A stretch of DNA of 64,000 bases from positions 12,057-76,056 of the forward strand of contig NZ_JAUMTY010000004.1 of NCBI RefSeq assembly GCF_030530965.1. The letters run 5' to 3'. The notes beneath the pieces are model-generated. The model made no database searches. It saw only the letters and a program-made list of their open reading frames with translations, and was not told where the DNA came from. The position numbers and the translations under genes were made by a program. This stretch comes from Corynebacterium sp. Its GTDB lineage: Bacteria > Actinomycetota > Actinomycetes > Mycobacteriales > Mycobacteriaceae. Numbering within the stretch: the first letter of the stretch is position 1; every line of letters starts with the position of its first letter. Positions 1 through 8,460 of this stretch are shown in pieces.

Positions 1-1363
1 GGTGCTCCATGTCCTTGTGAGGGTAAACGTGGACCACCGCGTTTCCCCTGGTAGCCATCCGGATGCCGTCAATCAGGCTCGCGTGGTTGAGCTCGTCGGA
101 GAAAATGGTCATTCCGGGTGTGTTGGCAGGCGCAGTGCTGGGGGCATCGGGAATATCGGTAGCCAGCGTGGCCAGAACAGCGCCGTTGGCTTGATACCCG
201 GTTCCGAACAGCACCGCGTCGTCGTACCCGGTGAACCCGGCTAGCGTTCGTTCCGTACTGGTGTGGAGCGTGAAGTTTCCCGTGGTCAGACGGCTACCAC
301 CGGTTCCGGCGCCAAAAAGCTTACAAGCCTCGGTCGCGGCCGTGATGACATCGGGATGTTCGCTGAGTCCCAAATAGTTGCTCGACGAGAAGAGCACGGT
401 CTCAGCTCCTGACACGGTCGTGTGTGGCGTGGGTGCCGACGAGAACTCCAGCGGGTAGCGCCGCAATCCCTTGTTTTCCCACGCGGTAAGGGATTGCTCA
501 GCGAACGTTGTGAGATCAGTCGTGAGGTCGGTCGCAGGGGTGGCGTCGGATTCATCGTGGTGCGGCGAGTGGTTGTCCTGCGGCGGCCACGGAATTCCAT
601 GCACAATGACCGCGGTATTCTCAAGGAAATCGATGCAGTCAGCAATCTCCTCGTCCGTTCCCCGCACAAGGAATACGCGCCCGCCCTGGGGACTGCCTGC
701 GGGTTTGATGTTCTCGATCCGCACGTAGTGCCCCGGTGTGCTCACATATCCGGTCGTGTACTCAGGGTCATCAGAAATGCACAGCTCCGCGCATACGGCG
801 GGGTGGTACTGCACTTTCGACGCCAGCGTCAGCGCCTCACAGTAATACGGTTTCGCGGTTGTCGAGGACGACATTTCTTCGGCAGCGTCGGCACCCGTCG
901 GCATGTCATTATCCAACGCCGTCACACGAACTCCCCGGATATCTTTCGTATCCCGACGCTCCCCGGTATCGGCGTCAAGAAGCATCGCGCCGCGCATCCC
1001 CCGGATACGCGTCAGTGCGTCGAGTGCGTGCTTCGCGGTCGGAATTCCCGCGTCGCGAAGGATCTCCGTGACCGCGCGGTGGGCCTCGTCGACAGTCTGT
1101 GTATGACGCGTCTCCCGGGTGAGAGCCGGGATATGGGTGATCTCGTCCTCGTCAACGCGGTGGACACTGACAACAACATCATCGGGTCGCCCATTCGAAT
1201 GCGTCCAGGCCCGATGTTCCAACTCGGCCACAGTGCGCATGATGTCCGACGCCGACACGATGCGCTCCACACCAGAAATGTGCCGATCACATGGTGCACC
1301 GTCGCTGGTTCTGGGCGATGACGAGACCCGCGCGCTCGCCCGCATTTTGATGCTAAACCGCAC
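1..1363 (-). CDS. bioWF: BioW-BioF fusion: 6-carboxyhexanoate-CoA ligase (pimeloyl-CoA synthetase) fused to 8-amino-7-oxononanoate synthase. 3' end truncated by window start
   Basis: Not in the ORF track as one ORF. Manual reverse-strand translation in the frame starting at GTG 1363 (AAGGAG RBS 6 nt upstream) gives MRFSIKMRASARVSS...HISGVERIV...AVCAELCISDDPEYTTGYVS (BioW-like), running without a stop into ...FSSSNYLGLSEHPDVI...TGYQANGAV...IFSDELNHASLIDG (BioF class-II aminotransferase motifs). The frame is open to position 1. Confidence 0.8.
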   Translation of the reverse strand, partial: MRFSIKMRASARVSSSPRTSDGAPCDRHISGVERIVSASDIMRTVAELEHRAWTHSNGRPDDVVVSVHRVDEDEITHIPALTRETRHTQTVDEAHRAVTEILRDAGIPTAKHALDALTRIRGMRGAMLLDADTGERRDTKDIRGVRVTALDNDMPTGADAAEEMSSSTTAKPYYCEALTLASKVQYHPAVCAELCISDDPEYTTGYVSTPGHYVRIENIKPAGSPQGGRVFLVRGTDEEIADCIDFLENTAVIVHGIPWPPQDNHSPHHDESDATPATDLTTDLTTFAEQSLTAWENKGLRRYPLEFSSAPTPHTTVSGAETVLFSSSNYLGLSEHPDVITAATEACKLFGAGTGGSRLTTGNFTLHTSTERTLAGFTGYDDAVLFGTGYQANGAVLATLATDIPDAPSTAPANTPGMTIFSDELNHASLIDGIRMATRGNAVVHVYPHKDMEH

Positions 1364-1460
1364 CGTACACTCCTTTTATGAGGATCTGACGAAGGGGAAT
1401 ACCCGGAGCTATCGTAAGTTGCTGCGACTGTGTCCCAGCCATATGCCAGAATATAGGAAT

Positions 1461-2135
1461 ATGAAGACAAAAATCCTCGTTGTCGACGATGACCCGGCCA
1501 TTGCGGAAATGCTCATGATCGTCCTTCAAGGTGAAGGGTTCGATACGGTCGTAGTGGGTGATGGTGCAGAGGCCGTGACCGCCGCATCCAACGAGGAACC
1601 GGATCTTATTTTGCTCGACGTCATGCTGCCCAGCATGAACGGGGTCGACGTGTGCCGGGCTATCCGGAAGACGTCAGGGGTGCCCATCGTGATGTTGAGC
1701 GCTCGGACCGACACTGTCGATGTTGTCCTGGGCTTGGAGTCCGGCGCGGATGATTACATTAATAAGCCGTTTAAGCCGAAAGAGCTGGTGGCGCGCGTCC
1801 GTGCGCAGTTGCGTCGTCGCGAACAGGCCACGGGGGACACGATCCACGTCGGCGATTTAGTTATCGACGTTCCGGGGCACATCGTGAAGCGCGATGGGAA
1901 GGAAATTCCACTTACCCCTATCGAGTTCGACCTGCTCACCCAGTTAGCTAGCCGGCCGAAGCAAGTGCTCACGCGTGAGGAACTGCTGCGGGAAGTATGG
2001 GGCTACAAGCAGCCCACGGACACCCGTGTGTTGAACGTGCATATCAACCGCTTGCGGATCAAGGTCGAAAAGGATCACAAGAATCCGAAGCTGATCCAGG
2101 CCGTCCGAGGAGTGGGTTACAAGATCGGTGAGTAG
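1461..2135 (+). CDS. mtrA: OmpR-family response regulator MtrA
   Basis: MKTKILVVDDDPAIAEML... receiver domain plus winged-helix C-terminus. Canonical position upstream of mtrB-lpqB. ATG at 1461, not the upstream extension in the track. Confidence 0.9.
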   Translation: MKTKILVVDDDPAIAEMLMIVLQGEGFDTVVVGDGAEAVTAASNEEPDLILLDVMLPSMNGVDVCRAIRKTSGVPIVMLSARTDTVDVVLGLESGADDYINKPFKPKELVARVRAQLRRREQATGDTIHVGDLVIDVPGHIVKRDGKEIPLTPIEFDLLTQLASRPKQVLTREELLREVWGYKQPTDTRVLNVHINRLRIKVEKDHKNPKLIQAVRGVGYKIGE

Positions 2136-4563
2136 CGGAAATCCAGAGTCCCGTCCGGGACGATTACGACATCCCCTCTTTGATCCGAAGAATCAAGAGG
2201 GGCTTAGTGCACTTGTCCGCCCTTCGCTGCGTGATAACGACTCAGATGGCCACAGCCGCTGGCCACTGAGCATCCGGCGTTTGTGGCGTCGAATCATCGA
2301 TAAGTGGCAGACATCCGCCCAGGTGAAGACCGTGGGGCGGATGTTTATTGCGTCGGCGATTGTCCTGTTCGTTCTGGGTTTCACACTCATTTCTTTCATG
2401 ACGACGCGCCTCACCCAAGCGAAGGTAGAGGCCGCCCAAGATGGCATCGATAGGGCCCGGCGCGCTGTGGAGCAGCAGATTGACGCGTCGGACACCTCGA
2501 ACTCGATTCAGGTTCGTATCAACGCGGCCAGGACTGCCTTGACCGAGCGCGGTGGAGGATCCGATGCGTCGGATTCGTCATCAGGCCCGGTCAACTCGGC
2601 CTATGAGCCGGTGCTGATTGCGCCCGATATCAATGGCGAGGACGTCGTCTCTCCCGACAACGCCCAGATCCCAAAAAGCCTCAGGAATTTTATTCACGAC
2701 AATCAGGTGGCGTATCAGTTCGATACGTTGCGACGCCCCGACGGCAGTCGATATAAAGCCCTGATTATTGGTTCGCCGGTGTCCTCTGATGTGCAGGGGC
2801 TGGAACTGTACCTGATCTTGCCGATGGATAACGACGAATCCACCTTGGCGCTGATGCGCGGGCTGATATCCAGCGGCGGGATCATTCTTCTTGTTGTGCT
2901 GGTCGGCATCGTCTGGACATTCGCGCAGCAGGTCACCACCCCTGTTCGCACGGCCAGCCGCACGGCTGAAAGGTTTTCTCAAGGGCACTTGAGTGAGCGC
3001 ATGGCGGTGAATGGCCGCGACGAGATGGCTCGCTTGGCCACGAGTTTTAACTCCATGGCGGACTCGTTATCGAAGCAGATTAAACAGCTCGAAGAGTATG
3101 GTGACCTACAAAAACAGTTCACGTCGGATGTGTCTCACGAATTGAGATCACCCTTGACGACGGTTCGGATGGCTGCGGACATCATCGAAGATAACGCCGA
3201 CAACCTTGACCCCGTGATGCGTCGTGCGTCGTCGTTGATGAATAAAGAATTGGGGCGTTTCGAGGGGCTGCTCAGCGACCTTTTGGATATCTCCCGTCAC
3301 GATTCCGGCGTTGAAGAGTTGTCGCTCGAGCAGGTCGATTTGCTGGGCGCGCTGCATGATGCGTGGCTGTTGAACGTCCAACTGGCGAAGAAACTCAACG
3401 TCCTTGTTCGCTTCCATGTGCCCAGCGAGCCGCTGTTTATGCCCATTGATACTCGACGGATCCAACGCATTTTCCGCAATCTCATTGAGAATGCGCTGGA
3501 CCATGCCGAGGGGAAGCCCCTCGATATCGCTGTTCGACGCAATGATCGGGCGGTGTCGATCATCGTATTAGACCACGGTGTCGGGCTGAAAGAAGGCGAA
3601 GAAGACCTTGTGTTCAACCGCTTTTGGCGTGCCGATCCCTCCCGCGTGCGCCACCGCGGAGGCACCGGGCTGGGCCTGGCTATTGCCCGCGAGAATGCTG
3701 CGTTGCATGGCGGCAAACTCGACGCGATCGGTGAGATTAAGGTCGGCTCCTGTTTCCGCCTGACACTCCCGATTGACCCCGACGTTCCCGTGACGGGGAA
3801 TGACGCTGCCTTGGACCTCGCAGTGGGGGAGAAGGCCGACGCGACCTTAGCGTCCTATCCGGAGTTGGTTGTGAAGACGTATGGTGCTGTGGACCACGCT
3901 GTCAGCGAACCAACCGAAGGCGACGAGGCGAGTGCCGGTGAGGCTCTAGCTGGTGGCGATGCCTACGCTGCCGATGATGGTCGCGCTGGTGGCGAGATGG
4001 GCGATTCAAGCATGCCAGATGCTGGCCCGGCCGACGCTAGCATCACGGATGAACACGGAGTCTCATCGGATGGTCAACAAGCGTTATTCGCTTCGTCGGC
4101 CGAGTCGTCCACGAGTGGTTCTATACAGAGCGCTCATGCAGAAGGCGCGGATGTAGATCAGTCCAATGAAGTCTGCGCGTCGGCAGCTGAATCTGCATTA
4201 CCGACGGCAGCTCCCGATGAAGTCCCAACAGGCGAAGTCACTCCGAGTGAAGAGTGGCCGACGACGCATGCCGGATCTGCCAGCGGTATCAACGTCGAGA
4301 ATAATGCTCCTACCAGTGGGAAACCTGTCGATAATGCTGGCGCTGAAACCCAAGGGAATGATTATTCCGCCGAGAACGATTATTACGGTACGGAGTTAGA
4401 GGAAATCAGTGAAGAAGAACTCCGCGCAACCGCTGAAATGGATGACTTTGACCCCGAACCGTCCGGATCACTGCCGGTCACCACATCCGACGATGCTGGC
4501 ATCGCTACCGATACTGGCAACCCCGCCGAAACCGCTCACACCGATTCTGAGGAGGACCAATGA
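2128..4563 (+). CDS. mtrB: sensor histidine kinase MtrB, with about 260-aa acidic low-complexity C-terminal extension
   Basis: GTG start overlaps mtrA stop by 8 nt. TM segments, HAMP, H-box SHELRSPL, HATPase_c. Tail rich in D/E/S/A/G after residue about 550. Confidence 0.85.
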   Translation: MSSGNPESRPGRLRHPLFDPKNQEGLSALVRPSLRDNDSDGHSRWPLSIRRLWRRIIDKWQTSAQVKTVGRMFIASAIVLFVLGFTLISFMTTRLTQAKVEAAQDGIDRARRAVEQQIDASDTSNSIQVRINAARTALTERGGGSDASDSSSGPVNSAYEPVLIAPDINGEDVVSPDNAQIPKSLRNFIHDNQVAYQFDTLRRPDGSRYKALIIGSPVSSDVQGLELYLILPMDNDESTLALMRGLISSGGIILLVVLVGIVWTFAQQVTTPVRTASRTAERFSQGHLSERMAVNGRDEMARLATSFNSMADSLSKQIKQLEEYGDLQKQFTSDVSHELRSPLTTVRMAADIIEDNADNLDPVMRRASSLMNKELGRFEGLLSDLLDISRHDSGVEELSLEQVDLLGALHDAWLLNVQLAKKLNVLVRFHVPSEPLFMPIDTRRIQRIFRNLIENALDHAEGKPLDIAVRRNDRAVSIIVLDHGVGLKEGEEDLVFNRFWRADPSRVRHRGGTGLGLAIARENAALHGGKLDAIGEIKVGSCFRLTLPIDPDVPVTGNDAALDLAVGEKADATLASYPELVVKTYGAVDHAVSEPTEGDEASAGEALAGGDAYAADDGRAGGEMGDSSMPDAGPADASITDEHGVSSDGQQALFASSAESSTSGSIQSAHAEGADVDQSNEVCASAAESALPTAAPDEVPTGEVTPSEEWPTTHAGSASGINVENNAPTSGKPVDNAGAETQGNDYSAENDYYGTELEEISEEELRATAEMDDFDPEPSGSLPVTTSDDAGIATDTGNPAETAHTDSEEDQ

Positions 4564-6458
4564 TGAACAAACCGTGGCCCTCATCGCGACGCCGACGTGT
4601 CGTCGCCGTCAGCACCGCACTCTGCATCGGGGCGGCATCGTCAGTATCAGGGTGCGCCACTTTGCCCAGCCGTAGCGATCCGAAAGCTATCCATTCCTAC
4701 GCGCCGGGGGAATCGGGCACAACCGTTCCCGGGCCCCAAAAAGGAGACGCCCCCGACGAAGTGCTCCGCGGGTTCTTCTCGGCCTCAGCTCACCCGTCGC
4801 ATAGTCACAAGGCCGCTCGCGCGTTCCTGACCAGCAAGTCGTCGGATTCATGGAAAGACGGTAATGATGCGTTCATCGTCCAGCAGCTCAACATTAATTC
4901 GTCGGGTCAACCGTTGGATGATGAAGCGACCTTCGATGTGTCGGGCTCCACAATTGGCGTTCTGGGCGATGGGGGAACGTTCACCCCACGTAGCGGGTAC
5001 TACCGTTCACAATTCAAACTAAAGAAGGTCAACGGCGAGTGGAGAATTTCGTCGGTGCCCGAGGGCATCATCCTCCAGAGCGTCGACTTCGAACAGACCT
5101 ATCGGGCCTACTCGGTGTACTTCTTGGACCACACCGGCCGGTACTTAGTCTCCGACCGACGGTGGATCTATTCCCAGCAAGACACGATTGAATCAAGCCT
5201 CATGTCGCTCCTAGCCAGTGGGCCGCGCCAGGAACTCGCGCCCGGCATTGGCACCGCTCTGCCTGCGGGAACGTCGATTACTGCGAAGAGCGACAAAGCC
5301 GGCGGGTCTACCGTCGATATCAAAGGGCTGTCCCAAGTCAGTAGCGACGACCGCCAAAAGATCGCCGGGCAGATCGTGTGGACACTCATTCACGCCGATG
5401 TGCGTGGACCGTTCACCCTCATGGCGGATGGAGCGCCCCTGCTTGACCAAGCGCATAAATCGCTGAACGCGTCCGACGTCTCTGACCTCAACCCTGAGCC
5501 GCCAGAGATGAACACCCTTCACGCCGTTGCGGACGGAAGTCTCGTGATGATCTCGGATTCGGGCGCCACTGGTGATCGTGGCCCATTCGGACGTGACGGC
5601 AAGATCCTCTCTGCCGGGATTACGCCGAATGGTGGTCTAGCTGCAGTCGTGGAACGCGACAACACCGGGGATGATGACGAAGGTCGTGGCCAGTCAGACA
5701 GCGGCAATAGTGTTTTGCGCATCGGGCACGTGATGGATACCGACGCCGACACCCGGAATAGCCTGGAGGACGCCGATGGGGCGGCGCAACCCATTGTGCG
5801 CGGTCGAACGCTCACCCGGCCGTCCTGGTCAGAAGACGGCACAGTGGCCTGGACCGTCGCCGATGGCAAAGAAATCCACCGCGTTGAATACCAAACCGGG
5901 ACGGACAGCAAATCCGGGTCCGGGAGCGTCAAGAACGAATACATCGTGGATAACGACGCTCTCCGAGGCCAACTCCGCAGCGACGACGACGGCGACGACG
6001 AGAATAACGACCACAAAATCAGTGAATTCCGCGTCGCCAACGACGGCGTGCGGGCGGCCATGATCATCGGCGGCCGCGTGTTCACGGCGATTATCGCGCC
6101 GGGCGAGGGCGGTAAGAGCCGCATCATGTCTCCTCGCGAGCTGGGCGAGGTTTTTGTGGGCGACACCGCGACGAGCTTGGATTGGCAACCAGATGGTTCG
6201 CTCTTAATTGGCACGCAGTCGCAGGACGCGCCGATATGGAGTGTTCAACCCGACGGCTCCGATGCAACCAGGCTGACCTCGAACAACGTGCAGGCCCCGG
6301 TGTCGGCCGTGGCGTCCACGCGCAACGAGCTCTACATCACCGATTCGCGGTCTGTGCTCCAGTTGGAGCGGAACAACTCGTCGGATACAGCGACGCAGAA
6401 CTGGCGTGAAGTGCCTGGCCTGCAGGGCATTCGCGCGCAGCCGATCGTCTCCCGGTAG
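4560..6458 (+). CDS. lpqB: lipoprotein LpqB (MtrAB accessory)
   Basis: ATGA overlap with mtrB. Signal peptide with lipobox VSGC. Conserved third gene of the mtrAB-lpqB operon. Confidence 0.85.
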   Translation: MMNKPWPSSRRRRVVAVSTALCIGAASSVSGCATLPSRSDPKAIHSYAPGESGTTVPGPQKGDAPDEVLRGFFSASAHPSHSHKAARAFLTSKSSDSWKDGNDAFIVQQLNINSSGQPLDDEATFDVSGSTIGVLGDGGTFTPRSGYYRSQFKLKKVNGEWRISSVPEGIILQSVDFEQTYRAYSVYFLDHTGRYLVSDRRWIYSQQDTIESSLMSLLASGPRQELAPGIGTALPAGTSITAKSDKAGGSTVDIKGLSQVSSDDRQKIAGQIVWTLIHADVRGPFTLMADGAPLLDQAHKSLNASDVSDLNPEPPEMNTLHAVADGSLVMISDSGATGDRGPFGRDGKILSAGITPNGGLAAVVERDNTGDDDEGRGQSDSGNSVLRIGHVMDTDADTRNSLEDADGAAQPIVRGRTLTRPSWSEDGTVAWTVADGKEIHRVEYQTGTDSKSGSGSVKNEYIVDNDALRGQLRSDDDGDDENNDHKISEFRVANDGVRAAMIIGGRVFTAIIAPGEGGKSRIMSPRELGEVFVGDTATSLDWQPDGSLLIGTQSQDAPIWSVQPDGSDATRLTSNNVQAPVSAVASTRNELYITDSRSVLQLERNNSSDTATQNWREVPGLQGIRAQPIVSR

Positions 6459-6473
6459 CACGCGGTCGGGGGG

Positions 6474-7223
6474 ATGATGCCAGTGCGGTGGACTGTTGGC
6501 TCGGTCGCGCGCGCCACCATGGATCTCCTCCTCCCCGCAAATTGTCCGGGATGCGGGCACCCCACGGTGCCGGGAGAACCGTCGGGGTTGTGTGTCCGAT
6601 GCGAGCGCCTGTGCCAGCAGGATCCTCCCTTCTTCACGACGCCACGCCTGGACCCCGGTATTCCTATCGTGGTGAGTGGGTCGTATGGAGGTGTGCACCG
6701 CCAGGTGCTCTTAGGCGCGAAGGAACGCGGCCGACGTGATGCCCGTGACGTGTGCAGCGCGCTGATGGCGGGCACATTCCGGTGGCTGTGGGCTAACGGC
6801 TACCTGCCCGATCCGAGGGTGGTGCCATGGGTGCTTGTCCCTGCGCCAACGACCCGTCGTGCCTCGCGCCAGAGGGGAGGCGATCTCGTGACGCGATGGT
6901 GCCAGGACACCGCCCAGGCAATATGCGGCGATATCACCGTCGCCCCCGTTCTGCGAAGCAGAGGGACTAAGCGAGACCAGGTAGGGCTTTCTGCCACCGC
7001 GCGGAGGAAGAACCTGTCCGGCGCTGTGACCGTCGATAAGCGCGAGTGGGAGCGGTACACCAGGAGCAGACGGGCAAGCACGGCGCGGACCGCCGCTCAC
7101 TCACCACAGGTCATTCTCGTGGACGATGTCGTCACAACCGGATCGACGTGCGCTGAATCGGTACTCGTCCTTCGTGCGCACGGGTGGCATCCGGCGATGG
7201 GGGTAGCGTTGTGTAGCGCTTAG
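6474..7223 (+). CDS. comFC: ComF family phosphoribosyltransferase-domain protein
   Basis: N-terminal CPGCG...CxRC zinc finger. C-terminal PRTase motif ILVDDVVTTGST. Conserved position between lpqB and hpf. Confidence 0.8.
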   Translation: MMPVRWTVGSVARATMDLLLPANCPGCGHPTVPGEPSGLCVRCERLCQQDPPFFTTPRLDPGIPIVVSGSYGGVHRQVLLGAKERGRRDARDVCSALMAGTFRWLWANGYLPDPRVVPWVLVPAPTTRRASRQRGGDLVTRWCQDTAQAICGDITVAPVLRSRGTKRDQVGLSATARRKNLSGAVTVDKREWERYTRSRRASTARTAAHSPQVILVDDVVTTGSTCAESVLVLRAHGWHPAMGVALCSA

Positions 7224-7448
7224 CCCACTAAACCCCCTTGATAATGTCCGTTTAGTAGTCCTCACAGCCGTGATTGTGGGTACCCCCACCCCCGAACCCG
7301 AGCTCGTCCAGGTAGTCTTGAAAGTGTCCTTGAAGGCAACCGCCGGGTTGCCGTGGAACCGGCGCCATACACAGTGCCGCAGGAAAAGAACTGGATAAAA
7401 GCCATATAAGGCTATTGCGATTCAGTCCGTGCGACACTGGCGCCCCTA

Positions 7449-8162
7449 GTGTTGGAGGTAGAGCTCGTGACCACACCTGCTGAGAAAGATGAGGCTGTCA
7501 CACCACAAGCCCAGGTACACCTCACTGGCCGTAACGTTGACATTCCCGATCACTTCGCCGATAGGGTTAACGCGAAATTGGCCAAAATTGAACGCCTGGA
7601 TCCTACGTTGACCTCCTTCCACGTCGAGCTGTTGCATGAACCTAACCCGCGCCGCGCTGACCGTGCTGATCGCATTCAGATCACGGCGTCTGGCAAAGGT
7701 CATATCGCTCGGGCGGAAGCAAAGGAAGATAGCTTCTATGCGGCATTGGAAAGCGCCATCGGCCGCATGGAGCGTAGCCTCCGGAAGGTGAAAGTGCGCC
7801 GGCAGATTAGCCGTTCCGGCCACCGCACACCGATCTCCGTGGGCGAGGCGACGGCCCAACTGGTGCAAGACGCCAAGGATGAGCAGAAGACAGAGCAGCC
7901 TGGCAAGTACGACGTTGACCCCTACGCAGCGGATTTCGAGCCGGGCAAGATTGTTCGTCGTAAAACTCACCCGTCGACACCGATTAGTGTCGACGAAGCA
8001 CTCAGCGAGATGGAATTGGTTGGGCACGACTTCTTCCTCTTCGTGAATAAGGAAAACAACAAGCCGTCGGTTGTGTACCGTCGTCACGCTTTCGACTACG
8101 GTCTGATTACCCTCGGCTCTGAGGAAGAGGCTGCGGCAGAGGCTGCCGACGCAGACAAGTAA
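7449..8162 (+). CDS. hpf: ribosome hibernation promoting factor, long form (HPF/RaiA)
   Basis: HLTGRNVDIPDHF...IQITASGKGHIARAEA... plus C-terminal dimerisation domain. Alternative GTG start at 7467 after GGAGG. Confidence 0.85.
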   Translation: MLEVELVTTPAEKDEAVTPQAQVHLTGRNVDIPDHFADRVNAKLAKIERLDPTLTSFHVELLHEPNPRRADRADRIQITASGKGHIARAEAKEDSFYAALESAIGRMERSLRKVKVRRQISRSGHRTPISVGEATAQLVQDAKDEQKTEQPGKYDVDPYAADFEPGKIVRRKTHPSTPISVDEALSEMELVGHDFFLFVNKENNKPSVVYRRHAFDYGLITLGSEEEAAAEAADADK

Positions 8163-8244
8163 CGTCTCTGCGTAGCACCGATGCTGCACGACGGTAGCAT
8201 TGTTTCCGTACAGCGCGCCGCGCAGCGTTGGCAAAGAGACCAGT

Positions 8245-8272
8245 CCGGCTCCCTTGCGGGGCCGGCTTTCTC
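8245..8272 (+). terminator. candidate intrinsic terminator downstream of hpf
   Basis: ccggc-t-ccc / ttgc loop / ggg-gccgg stem, followed by cTTTCTC. Confidence 0.35.
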
Positions 8273-8460
8273 ATGTCTGGCCCAAGACAAGTTGACAGAT
8301 AAGCAGTCAGATACGTTGGCGTGGTTCACCCGTTAGTGGTCAACACCGTATACTGCCAACCGAGTAGAATGCCCGTGTTATCTATGCTCACCTGGTGGGG
8401 CATACACTCGCTGGTAGCATTATCCATCCATAATCGACAGTTGTTAAAGGACCATTCCCT

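Noticed and set aside
422-1321. 299-aa plus-strand ORF (and 471-728, 736-1071, 903-1106)
   Set aside because: Arg-rich nonsense composition. It is the antisense frame of the BioW-BioF gene found by manual minus-strand translation.
1119-1460. Upstream extension of the mtrA ORF in the track
   Set aside because: N-terminal 114 residues are not receiver-domain-like and overlap the bioWF start. True start is ATG 1461 (MKTKILVVDDD).
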